Of a stretch of 64,000 nt of DNA, positions 11,962-23,554 are shown one piece after another (position 1 is the stretch's first letter; each line of letters begins with the position of its first letter). The notes under the pieces were generated by a model, which was not told the DNA's origin, searched no databases, and saw only the letters and a list, made by a program, of their open reading frames with translations. Source of the DNA: Diadema antillarum (lineage: Eukaryota); contig NW_027272286.1 of NCBI RefSeq assembly GCF_040938485.1, forward strand, positions 496,001-560,000, written 5' to 3'. The position numbers and the translations under genes are program-made.

Positions 11962-14900
11962 TGAAAAAGAGGTATTGTCCGCAATACCAGAATGCGAGAG
12001 AGAAATGTGTTAACGATACATCAAATTTTTGACCCCAAAGAACCTTCCAATTATATAAAATTGTAAATAAATGTCAAATTATAACGGAATATGTTTTTTT
12101 TTTTAAACATTGACGAACCTACTCAAAAAAGTTTTGAAAAAAAAGGGGAACAGAAAAGAAGAAGTGACACAATGACCTTAATACAAGAGAGACATGTTTC
12201 ATAAAAATCTATGCTAACTCTGACAACAGATACGAAAATCTATACTAACCATTCTACGTACAAAGCTTACGCATACTCGCACTTCATGATATCTAGCAAC
12301 AAACTGGAAAATGAAACAAAGAGCACTAACGCCGGCTGAAGAAAAAAAAATGGCACGGAATTACATCTCCCCTATTGGAGACAGGAAACAACATCACTTT
12401 AAAAACAACATAATAATGACCACACCAACTGCATGATGGACAGTGCAGACAGGTGCCGACCGTCTATGGTCACCCGCCTACTAGAATTCCTTATCTATTA
12501 CTCAGACCAGAAGTCGGGCACAAACCATGCAGATGACGGAATTATGTAGCTGGACATTATCAAAATACATCTCAGAGTTATCTTTCCCAAGTTTATGGAG
12601 CAGGCACATGCTAAGTCTGACCTCATGTAACCTCCTATCCTGTGCAGGCTCATGCCAAGGAGAGTGGAATTAGCTACTCTGATTGGTCAGTGAACGCACC
12701 CCTTGTGGACGAATCAAATGCTCAATTGAGGAAAAACATTGAGAAAGGGACAGGAGAGAGAGAAACAGAGGAGGGGAGCTAGAGGAAAGGAAGGGAGAGA
12801 AGCGGAGGGAACTGAGCGGTAAAATTAAAGAGGAAACCCATTTCTCCGAAATAAAAACTCCAAGTATCCAACATGTGTCATGCGCATCAGTAACAACAGT
12901 TTGTATGTACATCAACAAAACGAGTAACTCTACACTGTAACAACGCTCGTGCCCAAGCTAAAACAAAATGAAACACATCAGCAAATTATAATAGTGCTGC
13001 TACAATAAAGAAAAGGATGGTTTTCATCAAAGAGAGCAAAGAAGTGGAAGAACTGAACGAGAGATAGAAATACAAACCGAGTGAGATGAATTGGTGAAGG
13101 ATACATTGAAAAATCGGAGGAAAGGAAGGGAGCAGCGTCTTTGCAATAAAAACAATTAAAAGAAAAGACTGTACTAATAGTAATACACAATACGGAGCAC
13201 CTCCATCAGGGTTTGTAAACTAGAATGTCTGTACCATCCATTTTACGAGATGGAAAATCAAACAAAATGGACCATCCATTTTACAAGATGGATGATCAAA
13301 CAAAGGCAAGACGATTTCTTTTAACATACAACACAGCATTGGTAAAAACGTCAAATCACATTCATGTAATCACAATGCGAAAAAAAAAATGGCACAGCTA
13401 ATGAGCGAGTAGAAGAAATACCTATTTACATAGAGAATGGGGGAGACAGAGGTAGAAATAGAAAGGGAGAGGAAGGGGGAAGAGAGGGGAAAAGACTGCC
13501 TCAACAACAACAAAAGCAAAAAAAAAATGGATACATGTTCGTTTTCCTGTAGGCTCATGAATTATACATCGCTTATTGGCTGTAGGTAATAAAAAAAAAA
13601 TTACACAACAAACATTTTGAACAGGACTTACTGTTCTCATGGCACATACAGCGATCATGACTACGATACTACTACAGTATCTTAGTCACCGAAAAGACAT
13701 TAATCAAGCAGTAAACAAAAATGCATTCTTACAGCGTCCACAATCACATAACGCAACGATAATGGCCAGTCACAACAATCAGAGGCGGCAGAAAGAAAGA
13801 AAAAAAAAAGAGAAATCCTCCAAACATCGTAAAACATTTGCCATGGCCCCTGTGACCCTTTGCAGTCCATTGACTGAGAGAGAGAGAAAAAAATGTGTGC
13901 AGGGGGCGAAGGGAGGGAGAGCCAATAAAACCAACGTGTTAGTTCTCCTTACAGTTCTCCATCACTCATAGTCTTTCTGCAGTACTTTGGCATGATCTAA
14001 GCTAAAACAAGGTTAAAATGTTGTTTATCAGAGCCGACTGATAATCTTAACTCTATTTACAAGTATACACACAAATATAAGCTTAAGTCAAATGAAATAC
14101 TATGCGAACCTCTACGTGTACTTGTACTTTGGGAACCCAATCTGGAAAGTTATTGCTAAGGTACGGCTTCAATCTATCGTGGTGAACCACTTTTGGCTGA
14201 GACTTAATCTGTCTAATCACAAACAGCTGAACATTTATCTTTCTAGTAACAAATCGTTCAGTTTACGTGTTATGACAAATAAAGCAACTTCGGCCACTAT
14301 CTAACAAATTTCGTACGACCAGGGACCAATTGCTGCCTGAAATTCAATCCAGCGAGGCGTCTTTTTCTGAGACGCAGGGCAATATAGCCTCCTTACACCC
14401 ACAAAATTCGTTAAAAAATCGGGAAAAGTTTTCAACTATTGCCAAACCGTGATCAACGGTGATCGATTAATGCGTATCTTCCAGAGTTTTGTGTGATCGA
14501 CATGAAAGACTTACCCTCCACTTAAACTGTGTAAACACTCCTCTCGCTATGTTTTCGATAAACTGTCGCTATATTCCTATATGTATGCTGTTACAAGTTG
14601 GATCATTGCTGCCTGAAAATTTCAGCTATGGCGACTTTGTCGGAGTCGCAGGGCAAGTTACCACTAACAACATACACATCTGAACAACAATGCGCATCAT
14701 TGAATTATTCCTCTTATTCTTCATTTTAGGCACCTTCATCATCATCTTATTGACAACCCTGACAAGTGGGTTTCAATTTCATCTTCATCATGCCGATTTC
14801 ACCATTTTTCATTGTTAACCTTATGCGCAAAATCTTTCATGCAGTTTCTACAGAATATCGAAAACTAACATAAACTGACAATAGCACACAGTCATAGAAC

Positions 14901-15219
14901 GAAAGGAACTCCACAAATGTTTGCTTGCATTAAAGATATGTGTGCAGTTAAGCTACAACACCAGGGTTGAGTGTATAATGATGTGAAACATAATGACAAT
15001 AACTTTTTGGTCCAAACAATAATTGACGGAGAATGAGCACATACAATACCAGTTCCCGAGTCCAATGTTAGACCTTCATGTGCCTGTATGAGGTATATTC
15101 TTGGCCCCAGTGTTCGATTCTTGGCTGTCTTGATTCTCTGTCGCACTCATAGTCGCTAGTCATGTGGATGGTCGTATATGGTCGCTGCATCCTCGTTGCC
15201 ATGGTGATATGTGCCGGGT

Positions 15220-15699
15220 CTATCCGATGTGCTCCCTGTCCAACAAAGATGTATCCTTAGTCGCGATGACAAAGTTATGATATGATCCGTCCATGTTCCT
15301 GCCAGCGCCTGCCATACTCAGCAACCAGACTTGAAGTAGCTCAGCAGAAGTTGTTGTCATCATCGAACCCGTCGCCACTAGCTTGCCTCCATCAGTGCTA
15401 TCTCCATGACTGACGTCCTCGCCTTGGATCATGAAATCCTTGATGACGAAGTTGAATTTGCTACCATCGTATCCAAATGCTTTCAAATGACTTCCAAGAG
15501 AGGAAGAGTTCTGTGTTGACTTTGGTAATGTTTTCCCAAGAAGGCCATGTCTCCCCATCTCCTTTTCTCTGATCACAGTGTCACAGAAAACACTTGCGAT
15601 AACCATTGATCCTTTTTCCGATAATTTCATTCGCTTGTGGGCATGGGCTGCTACAAGAGCTACTGATGCCATCAACAGTATGAGAGTTAGGGCCTTCAT
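15220..15699 (-). CDS. PPIB: Intronless, diverged cyclophilin B (PPIB)-derived ORF, 159 aa, signal peptide, predicted PPIase-dead; functional status unknown
   Basis: [20 protein letters not shown] signal peptide. [10 protein letters not shown] ~ [31 protein letters not shown] ~ [28 protein letters not shown] ~ VSMANAG; LLDREH ~ WLDGKH. Stops before the final strands. The ORF-track start at 15708 is a TTG; the ATG is at 15699. Confidence 0.85.
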   Translation of the reverse strand: [159 protein letters not shown]

Positions 15700-15872
15700 C
15701 GTGTTCAATGTCCTTGAGTTGAGAGTTATTTAGCAAATCTCATACTGGTAATCATAGTTCAAGCAAGTCGCCGGCTATTGCCTTGTCCTAGCTCCTCCCT
15801 TCCTCACAACATGCAAACTTGCCGTGTTGCTTCGAGATGGCGTCTTGTCCGAAATTAGATAATAACCGCTTT

Positions 15873-15885
15873 ACCGCTGCCACCA
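15873..15885 (-). promoter_or_regulatory. Primer-binding site complementary to tRNA-Leu 3' end
   Basis: The - strand TGGTGGCAGCGGT is complementary to ...ACCGCTGCCA-CCA, the 3' end of eukaryotic tRNA-Leu(AAG/TAG). Confidence 0.85.
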
Positions 15886-15886
15886 T

Positions 15887-16373
15887 TGTTGGGACCGCCG
15901 AGTTGGTACCCAAGACAGTTAGAGTTAAACTCTAAGGGACACAAGAAGAAACCAGGCAACCAGTCATTTCGATGGTTCATGTCTCAAAAGTAGTCTTTTA
16001 TTCGAGCTCGCAAGATTACATGACTATGACAAGCCAGTGCTCATTCCAAGACTGCCTTTTACTCCAGTCAGCGTCCCAAGATATACTCCTCAACACTCCC
16101 TCTTAATTTCTTACAACATCAAAGCATCATTCATCACCTTCTTGTATACAATGACTGTCTTCTACAGTGACCGTTACCAATGACCATTTGTGGTCTGGTC
16201 TGGGGACAGGGAGTCTACTTGGGGGTGATAAACTCTAGGGGGCTCGTCCGTGGTAAGGGGAAAGGAAGAACCACAGATACAAACAATGTTCTCAGTTAAT
16301 GTGTCCGCCCATAAGACTTGTCCTACCAACTTTCAAGTGGAGTCCCAATTTGCCTAACTCTGGGACCGTAACA
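15887..16373 (-). repeat. 5' LTR
   Basis: Identical by eye to 11462-11948; followed on - by a 1-nt spacer and the PBS. Confidence 0.95.
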
Positions 16374-16475
16374 ATATTTTGCCAATTATGTGAAACTGTC
16401 ATCACACATTGTGAAGACATTGTACTATACACCTATTGGGAGAATCATGCGTTATTTTTTTTTTTGGTGGGGGGG

Positions 16476-17533
16476 TTTTATGCATCTGCCACGAAGTATC
16501 GCCGGATGCATTATGTTTTTGGGTTGTCCATCCGTCCGTCCTTCCGTCCGTCTGTCCATAATCAATTTTGTGGACAGCATTTAACTTAAGAACCATTTGA
16601 GGTATCCAAATGAAACTTGGCATATGTATGTATGAGTGGGCGAAGTTGTACCTGTCAACTTTTGGTTGCATAAGGTCAAAGGTCAAGGTCAAATTCTTAG
16701 ATTTCACTTTTTTTCCCATGTCTATGCAATACCTGAAGGTAAATTTCTTGAAACTTAAGTGTTAACATGTATTACCAAATAAAGATTCTCCAGGGAAAGT
16801 TTTGGGCCATTGAGTCAAGGGTCAAAGGTCAAGTGAAAATGCTAAAACTTCACTTTCTTCTCCATATCTCTGAAATGGCACAAGGTGTCTTCATGAAACT
16901 TATACATATGCAATTGCATGTACTGCCTGACAGTGATTCTCTTGGGAGTTTGGGGTCATAGAGTCAAAGGTCAAGGGTAAAAAAATCAGTTCAATTCTAA
17001 AAATTTCACAATTTCCCCCATGGTAGCAATGCCTGAAGTTATTTTCTGTAAACTTTAATAGTGTATACATTCATAACCAGATAGAACTTGTCTTGGAAAG
17101 TTTTGGGCTGTGGGGTCAGATGTCAAGGGTCAAAAGAAAATGCTAAGATTTTACTTTCTTCGCCCAAATCTCAGAAATAACTCAAGGTATTATCATGAAA
17201 CTTACATATGCATGTGCATTGTACTGCCTGACAGTGATTCTCCTGGAAAGTTTGGGGCCATGGGGGTCAAGTGTCAAATGTCAGTTGAAAATGCTAAAAT
17301 CCCCAATACCTGCTCTCTGTAAACAATTTAAGCCATCCATCCAAATGAAACCTTGTTCACGAAAAGTACACACTCAACACATTTGTGACAAACATGTCAT
17401 TTTGATATATTGCCAATTATGTGAAATTGTCATTGATCTCACATTGCCAAGACGTACTTTAGACCTACAGCTGTATTGGGAGAACCATGAATCATGACAG
17501 AGGCATACCAGTCCCCATAGTGATATTTCTAGT
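16476..17533 (+). mobile_element. Second, diverged copy of the same HINE-like family
   Basis: Same 5' IR, microsatellite and aggtca cores; 3' subterminal gaggcata followed by a short hairpin and ctagtt end. Confidence 0.7.
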
Positions 17534-19433
17534 TTCCACTATCACATTGAGCATTCTTTATTGTAAATTGTGGTTTGCTATACAGTCTGGGCATATCTGG
17601 ACAATTCTAGTGACATTATGGCAATAAAAGGAAGTTGAAACAACCAAAAAAAACATTCCACATCCTATTTGTAAAAAGAATGTGGTTCACTATTTTTTTT
17701 TTCTTAAATCAGGTGGAGTATCAAAAAGCAGCGTGTGTAGTGCAGTTTAAAATAATCGTGCCATTACACAGTCGAACACATTCACTGTTTTTTGTTTGTT
17801 TGTTAGTTTGTTTTTCCAGAGAAGGATAAGTACAATATGCTAAATGCAGGATAATCATAAGCTAACTGCTATGGATGTGTTAAAATATCCTCACATGGAT
17901 TCCAATTTAACTTTACTCATCCTTTTGATGCCAAAACATTGAATATTGATTATTTCATGAATATCTTTTCATGTTATGTGGATTTTTTATTTTCTTTTGC
18001 AAATGCATATGTACTTGGATCATGAGACCAGTTCAATTTGCCACTGGTATATACGCTGTACATCTGCTTTGAAATACACCTGTATGCCCAAGCTTTGGTC
18101 AAATAGCAGAAATGTGCAATGCTTCAATTATACGAAATAGTGTATTTATAGATAATGTAGATCTTTCACATTCTAGATCTACCCAGATTATTGATTTTGA
18201 CATACACTGCTACTCGAATGCCACAGTGGTTTTTGTGATGAATACCATGTCACCACCCGCTGTGTAATTGTCAAAATGAAAAAAAAAAAGACACAGAAAG
18301 GCCACAAGCCGGACACCAGGATGCTGCACCATGAATGATGAATGAAAGAATGAATGCCCCGTCGGAAAAAAAAAAAAGGAGCGTTATATCTGGTACCCAA
18401 AGGCAATTCGCTCATTGTGAATAATGCATGGACAGTTCTGTGAGATTTCAAAACATACGAAATCTGCCTGTACAGGTCGGTGCATACAACTTGTCGGCGA
18501 ATACTACAACTAAACAGTTGTACACTGTCATATGACATCATCTTGTACGGGAACCTGTTGCGGCGAGACGCGTTCATTCATAATCATTCCTTGAGGGGCG
18601 TTCAGTTCAAATACGGCGATTGAAGCAGACATGTCACTTTTTTCTGTGAGGCAGAGTTAAGATTTTTTTTTTCCATTTTATGTCCAATAGCATGTCAGAC
18701 AGATTTAAGAAAAAAATAGGAAAACACACACACAAAAAAAATAGCGCAGTTCGCTTCAACTACTGATCATGCTCTGTAATATGGCTCTTTTTTCTTCTCT
18801 GGCACTGTAGCTTGTATCATTATGCTGCACTCTGCTGTTGTGTTACTGGCTTTGAATCTGAAAAATATAGTTAAGAGTAGATTTACTGACTTATGACAGC
18901 AGATGACTTTCCATCATATGAAGATTTATCATTTGGTTGTTTACACTATTATATTTCAGATTTTTCTTTTATCTGCCACTTTCAAACATACATGTAGACA
19001 ACTCGAACCTGGATTCTGACACCAACCAATAAAAGTGCACTTTGTTCACCCTGATTTCCGCAAATGCCTTCCGGCTAAATATCAAATGTGAAAAGATAAT
19101 GCATGCAATAGATAACTAAAATGTATCACAGCTGCCGTTAAGGCGGCACTGTAACTCATTCTGCGGGAATAGATTTGTATGCCACTCTTACAGCCAAATT
19201 AGAAGGGAGAATTAACCTTTGCTTTGCTCTCTTCACCACTCTGCCTGTCCACTTCTTTACTTTCTTCGTCGACTGGCGCCAATGTTCGGAGATGTAAATG
19301 GCGGTGAGCAGGGATTGCGTATCCCTAGTATGTGACAATTACCTTCAATAGTGTAGGACGGTTGTAACATTTACAAAGCCCAATTGGTGTGCCTGACTCT
19401 CATTGTGGCCAAGTTGTGAGGGTTTATTTTTCA

Positions 19434-19824
19434 AGCCCCAGTCACATATAAATGCGGATCCTCAAGGATCTACACAATGATCCGCGGAGTTCCTGGATAG
19501 TTTCGCCCTGGATGGAGCGTTGACAAGCATTGATGACTGTACACATGGTATCAACACGGCAGCTACACGGATAAGGCCGGAACAGCACGGCATCTACACG
19601 GCGCTTACACAGACCAACACAGCTACGCGGCAGCCACACGAACCATCCCGGATTGCTCTGCCAACACAGCAGTCCCCAGATAATCCCGGATGTTTTTGAC
19701 CTCCAAAAATTGCCGTGTTGGCCTCCCAGATGTCCAAGGATGCCCAAGGCGTCAATACGGATCTCTCCCCGGATTACCTTGGATCAGATCCAGGGTGATA
19801 CGGCATGTCTATGTGACTGGGGCT
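19434..19824. mobile_element. PIF/Harbinger-type MITE
   Basis: TIR agccccagtcacata/tatgtgactggggct with a 3-bp TCA TSD on both sides. Confidence 0.8.
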
Positions 19825-19845
19825 TCAGATTGCCAAATGCTTTTG

Positions 19846-20070
19846 AGGAGCTCCTGCAGCTCAGTGGATAAGACCATGGACTGTTAATCACAAGGTCCCT
19901 GGTTCAAATCCCCTAGCTGCAGATGTTGTGCCCCTAGACCAGGCATTTTACCTTGGCTTTGTTGCCTGATCCTTCCGAGGGGACTAACGTAAAGCCATCG
20001 CACCCGTTGTTGCTTACTTACAAGCACTCATTTTTTCCATTAGTGGCCATGTAAAACAAATCAATTCAAT
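19846..20070 (+). mobile_element. tRNA-derived SINE, same family
   Basis: agctcagtggataagacc...ggttcaaatccc head; shared 3' aagcactcatt...gccatgtaaaacaaa. Confidence 0.75.
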
Positions 20071-20176
20071 TTATCATGTAGTTTATAAGCTGAAGCAAAA
20101 AGTGTGTGGGTCAAAGGTTAACGAAGTTGTGACCGTCCATCATATTTCTTGACTAAGACCTGTCATGTGTGATTAA

Positions 20177-20266
20177 CCTGCTAAAGACGAGTTCCACCAA
20201 GTATACTCGTGAGGTGTTTATTTGAAATGCGTGTTGTACTAGCAATATCAACCTGTCCTCAATGGG
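20177..20266 (+). mobile_element. piggyBac-type MITE (copy 4)
   Basis: ttaa|cctgctaaagac ... gtcctcaatggg|ttaa. Confidence 0.7.
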
Positions 20267-20351
20267 TTAAAGTGTCAGTACAGCAAAAAGTCCATTTCCC
20301 ATCCATCCCCTTTCTCTATCTCTCTGTCTCCTTTTTTGTTCACTACCACAG

Positions 20352-20573
20352 CTCTCAGGGGCCCAGCAGCTGTTGACCATCCCGTCCAACGGTGGCCAGC
20401 AGCAGATACTGACCCTGCCCATCACCAACGCGGCCGGGCAGCAGCAGATCCTGACCATTCCCGTCACCCTGGCCCAGGGGGCTGGGGGCATTCAGTTCCT
20501 GATTCCCACTGGTACCGGCGGGCAGCTTCTCGCCTCCCCGAACCTCGCTAACCTTGCAGCCATGCCGTCACAG
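20352..20573 (+). CDS. POU6F2: POU6 coding exon (Q/G-rich QQILTLP repeats)
   Basis: ccacag| ... |gtatac; 74 codons LSGAQQLLTIPSNGGQQQILTLPITNAAGQQQILTIPVTLAQG...AMPSQ; GC-rich; phase 0/0. Confidence 0.85.
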
Positions 20574-21269
20574 GTATACGTACCCTCAGAGCCTCAGATG
20601 TAAAGTCCCCACATATCGCAGAAAGTGCCACATGAAAATGTGTTACTCTGCTCTGATAAACACTTCATACTGTACCTTTTAAAAGAGCAGTTCTGGACCA
20701 GTTGAAAGTATGATTTCAATCACGATTCAAATCACACTTTTCTATTGTGTGTGAGTGAGACTAATTTCACACATTACCATGACTATTCATACATTGTACA
20801 TGTGTGAACCTTTCAAATGATGATTAATCCATGTTTTATAAAGTCCACAGTACACTCAACCCAATTGTTGACCCCTGAATTTGTCTCTATAAGATGCCAA
20901 GAGATGCATGCATGTGGTTTTGTTCTGCTCTGACACAAAATGTCTGGACTCTGGACATCCCTGTGTTTGTGTAGACCCAATTTCAAAATGTAGTGCTGTA
21001 TGGTGACAAGTAATCAGCTACAGATCTGTTAATCTCTATAATCCTAATTTTTGCAGATGTCTGTATTTTCCCATGTGTATTCCAATAATAATCTGTGTTT
21101 AGGCAAGTGAGTTTAAAGGTGCACACACGAACATACAGTACACACATAGACAGATACACAAAATACATATGCAGACCTACAGACACAAACAGACAGACAG
21201 ACACGCAAGCATACCTGCAAAATTAACCCAGGTGGTCACTTCGGCTTCATTGTTTCCGCCATCTTGCAG

Positions 21270-21519
21270 GTATTGCCGTCGGCCCCGGCCGCCATCCCCA
21301 GCATCACCAGCAGCACCAACGTGGTCTCCTCCGCAGCGCATCTTGCCAAATCCAACCACATGACCTCACCCACCGCACCCCTCCCTCCGGTCTCCGTCCT
21401 GACGGGGCAGACCGGCCTGGGCACACTCCCCCTCCCCCAGGTGCTGATGGGGGCGGGGGCGCAGGTCCTCTCCGTCTCCACGCCGACCAGCAGTACATCC
21501 AGCACAGCTTTCAAAACCA
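21270..21519 (+). CDS. POU6F2: POU6 coding exon (S/T/P-rich)
   Basis: ttgcag| ... |gtgagt; VLPSAPAAIPSITSS...STAFKT; 250 nt, phase 0/1. Confidence 0.85.
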
Positions 21520-22039
21520 GTGAGTGTGTTTTCTTTCTATTTTCGCTGGCTCCCGTTTCAAAATAGGGAGATCGTGTTGCCTCCTGAACTTCAAGACAAA
21601 GTCTTTTGAGCGCAGGAAACTGCGACCGTGTTCTACTGCCCTCTTTTCTATCTTTTCTGTCTTTTCTGTAATTCTTTCTTTTTTTCGTGTTGATTTTTAT
21701 CTTCACCCCTCCCCCATTCTCTTCTTTCATCATCTCAATCTTTTTTCTTCTCTTTTCTTCTCCAGTTTGTCTTTTTTTCTCTCTCTCTTCTCTTTTCAGC
21801 CATTTCTGTCCTCATCTTCTTTACGATTAAAATGTACACTACTTGAATTATTATGGGATGTGTATTTGAGTGAATTGTATGTCGTTACCATTGTCAATAG
21901 GTACAAACGGCTTGCTCACACATTAAAACAAATATGTCACTAGTTCAACCAAGTCTAGTCAGAAGCATTGCTTGAATATTTGAAAAATTCCATGTTCATC
22001 GCTTTATGTGTAGGTGATTAGAGTCTCACAGATTAGATA

Positions 22040-22247
22040 CTGTAAAACGAGGAATGTTCGCGTACATTTTGATTTCACGAGTTTTGCAAGAGCCAAAATT
22101 AGCAAAATGAAAATGCATGCCAAAGCTCTTGTCCTACACTATATGCATTGAATGTTAGAGGCAACTCGCGAAAATTTCATGCTGCGAAAAGGGCTGTCGG
22201 CTCCAATTCATGAAAATTTCATGCCCCCAAAAAATCTTGTTTTACAG
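22040..22247. mobile_element. TA-flanked MITE, (tt)cgcgaa-rich family
   Basis: ta|ctgtaaaac ... gttttacag|ta. Confidence 0.7.
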
Positions 22248-22480
22248 TAGTAGGCCATAATTACATAAGAATGGTTAAAAGATGTCAGTTCTTTCTTCCT
22301 CTTTTTTTTTGCGAAGAGATTTTACAGAAGATTTTACATTGAATTGGAATGAAGCTGATTTCTTCTCAGTCTTCGCCGAATGAATAACGGAATATAAAGA
22401 ATACCTGCCGTGATAATATGCTCTTTCACGCAGTGGTCCTTGCATGTAGCCAGTGGGTCTTTACGTCTACTGTGTGCAAT

Positions 22481-22516
<36 letters not shown>

Positions 22517-23554
22517 TTTAAAGCTGTTGCACTTGCTCCCATATGCAACTATTTGGGCCAATAGGTATTCATTCATTTTGGTCATTAGACTGTTTGCTTT
22601 TTGTAAAATTCAATGATAGTTTTCAAGATTTTGAATGCTCAGTTTTATATAAAAGATATATAGGGTCATGCGTATGCAACCGTATTCATTCTCTTCCGAT
22701 AGACTCTGCCCTAAAACTGCATATCCCCAAGGGGTAGGGGGTGGGGGTAAGGAACAGAGCCTCTAGAGAAAATTTTCCATACATTCACAGTGGTTCCGAT
22801 GGCATGGGAGCCTCTATTGCCTTGTTGATGGATAGATATCAGTGGACGGTCTTTCCGACTCCCTTTTCCCTAAACATCCGGAAAAAAATAAACATCCCCC
22901 GAGTCCTCCAAATGTTGGACAGTTTGTGGGTTTTCTTCTTCGTTTTTTTTTTTCCTTCCCGCAATCCTCTCTGAACAACCCATGAAGGAAGGTTCCTCCT
23001 TTACAACCTCGGAGGGCGGTCAATATTTGATTTGTATTGCACAAAGTTTCATGTTACCCGGACGCCAAGCAGAGTGCGGTTATTTGAACTTTTCTGCAGG
23101 CATACGAGCTGGCATATAAAAAGAACTCACCCACACACAAAAAAAGTGAAATGACATTTCCCTACCTTTTTTCCCCCTTTTTTCATATCATTTGGGTTTT
23201 TAGGCTGGGAAAATAAGAAAGTGATCACTTGGATGAAATCATTCAAAATGGGAAAGATATTGTTTCATGTGTTTCTTTTTCCTCCTATTTGGAGTGGGGC
23301 TGGGGAAGGGTTGGGGAGGTTTGGCGCTACTGATACTCTTCTACACAAAGTGTAGCTCATGCTTAGTGTATCAAATGTGATAGCTTGGTAGGCCCTTTGT
23401 GATTGTGTGTGGAATGGTGTGTGGTGGAGAAAAGCTAGGTATTGGATGATGTCAGAGGAAAACATTTTGACAGTGATGCATCGCAGACTGTCATGATTTA
23501 TTGTATTGCCTGACTATGTATGCTTGTTTTGTTTTGATATGACTATTCAACATA

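Larger units (their letters stand above)
11462..16373 (-). mobile_element. Young non-autonomous LTR retroelement (probably Gypsy-type) carrying cellular cargo
   Basis: Two 487-bp direct repeats with TGTT...AACA ends and a 4-bp ATAT TSD (11458-11461, 16374-16377). PBS next to the right LTR and PPT next to the left LTR set the - orientation. No gag/pol/env ORF is visible in the 3.9-kb interior. Confidence 0.95.
10435..16445 (+). mobile_element. Helentron/HINE-like (Pearl/Tsp-type) non-autonomous element, interrupted by the LTR element
   Basis: 5' tatgcctccg...cggaggcat inverted repeat, (gtcc/gtac)n microsatellite and caaaggtcaaggtcaa core repeats. It resumes at 16374 after the LTR; the 3' end is missing. 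Confidence 0.75.

Noticed and set aside
14330-14656. Assignment of the duplicated motif as a hammerhead, HDV or twister ribozyme or histone stem-loop
   Set aside because: Required cores (CUGANGA/GAAA, nested double pseudoknot, 4-nt U loop) are absent on both strands. It is kept only as an unassigned structure.
11949-15219. Remnant gag/pol/env in the LTR interior (e.g. ORF 14892-15146)
   Set aside because: No CCHC, protease, YxDD, RNase H or integrase motifs were seen in the frames examined; only short ORFs.
19442-19887. GC-rich ORFs of 65-101 aa
   Set aside because: Explained by the Harbinger-type MITE and the adjacent SINE.
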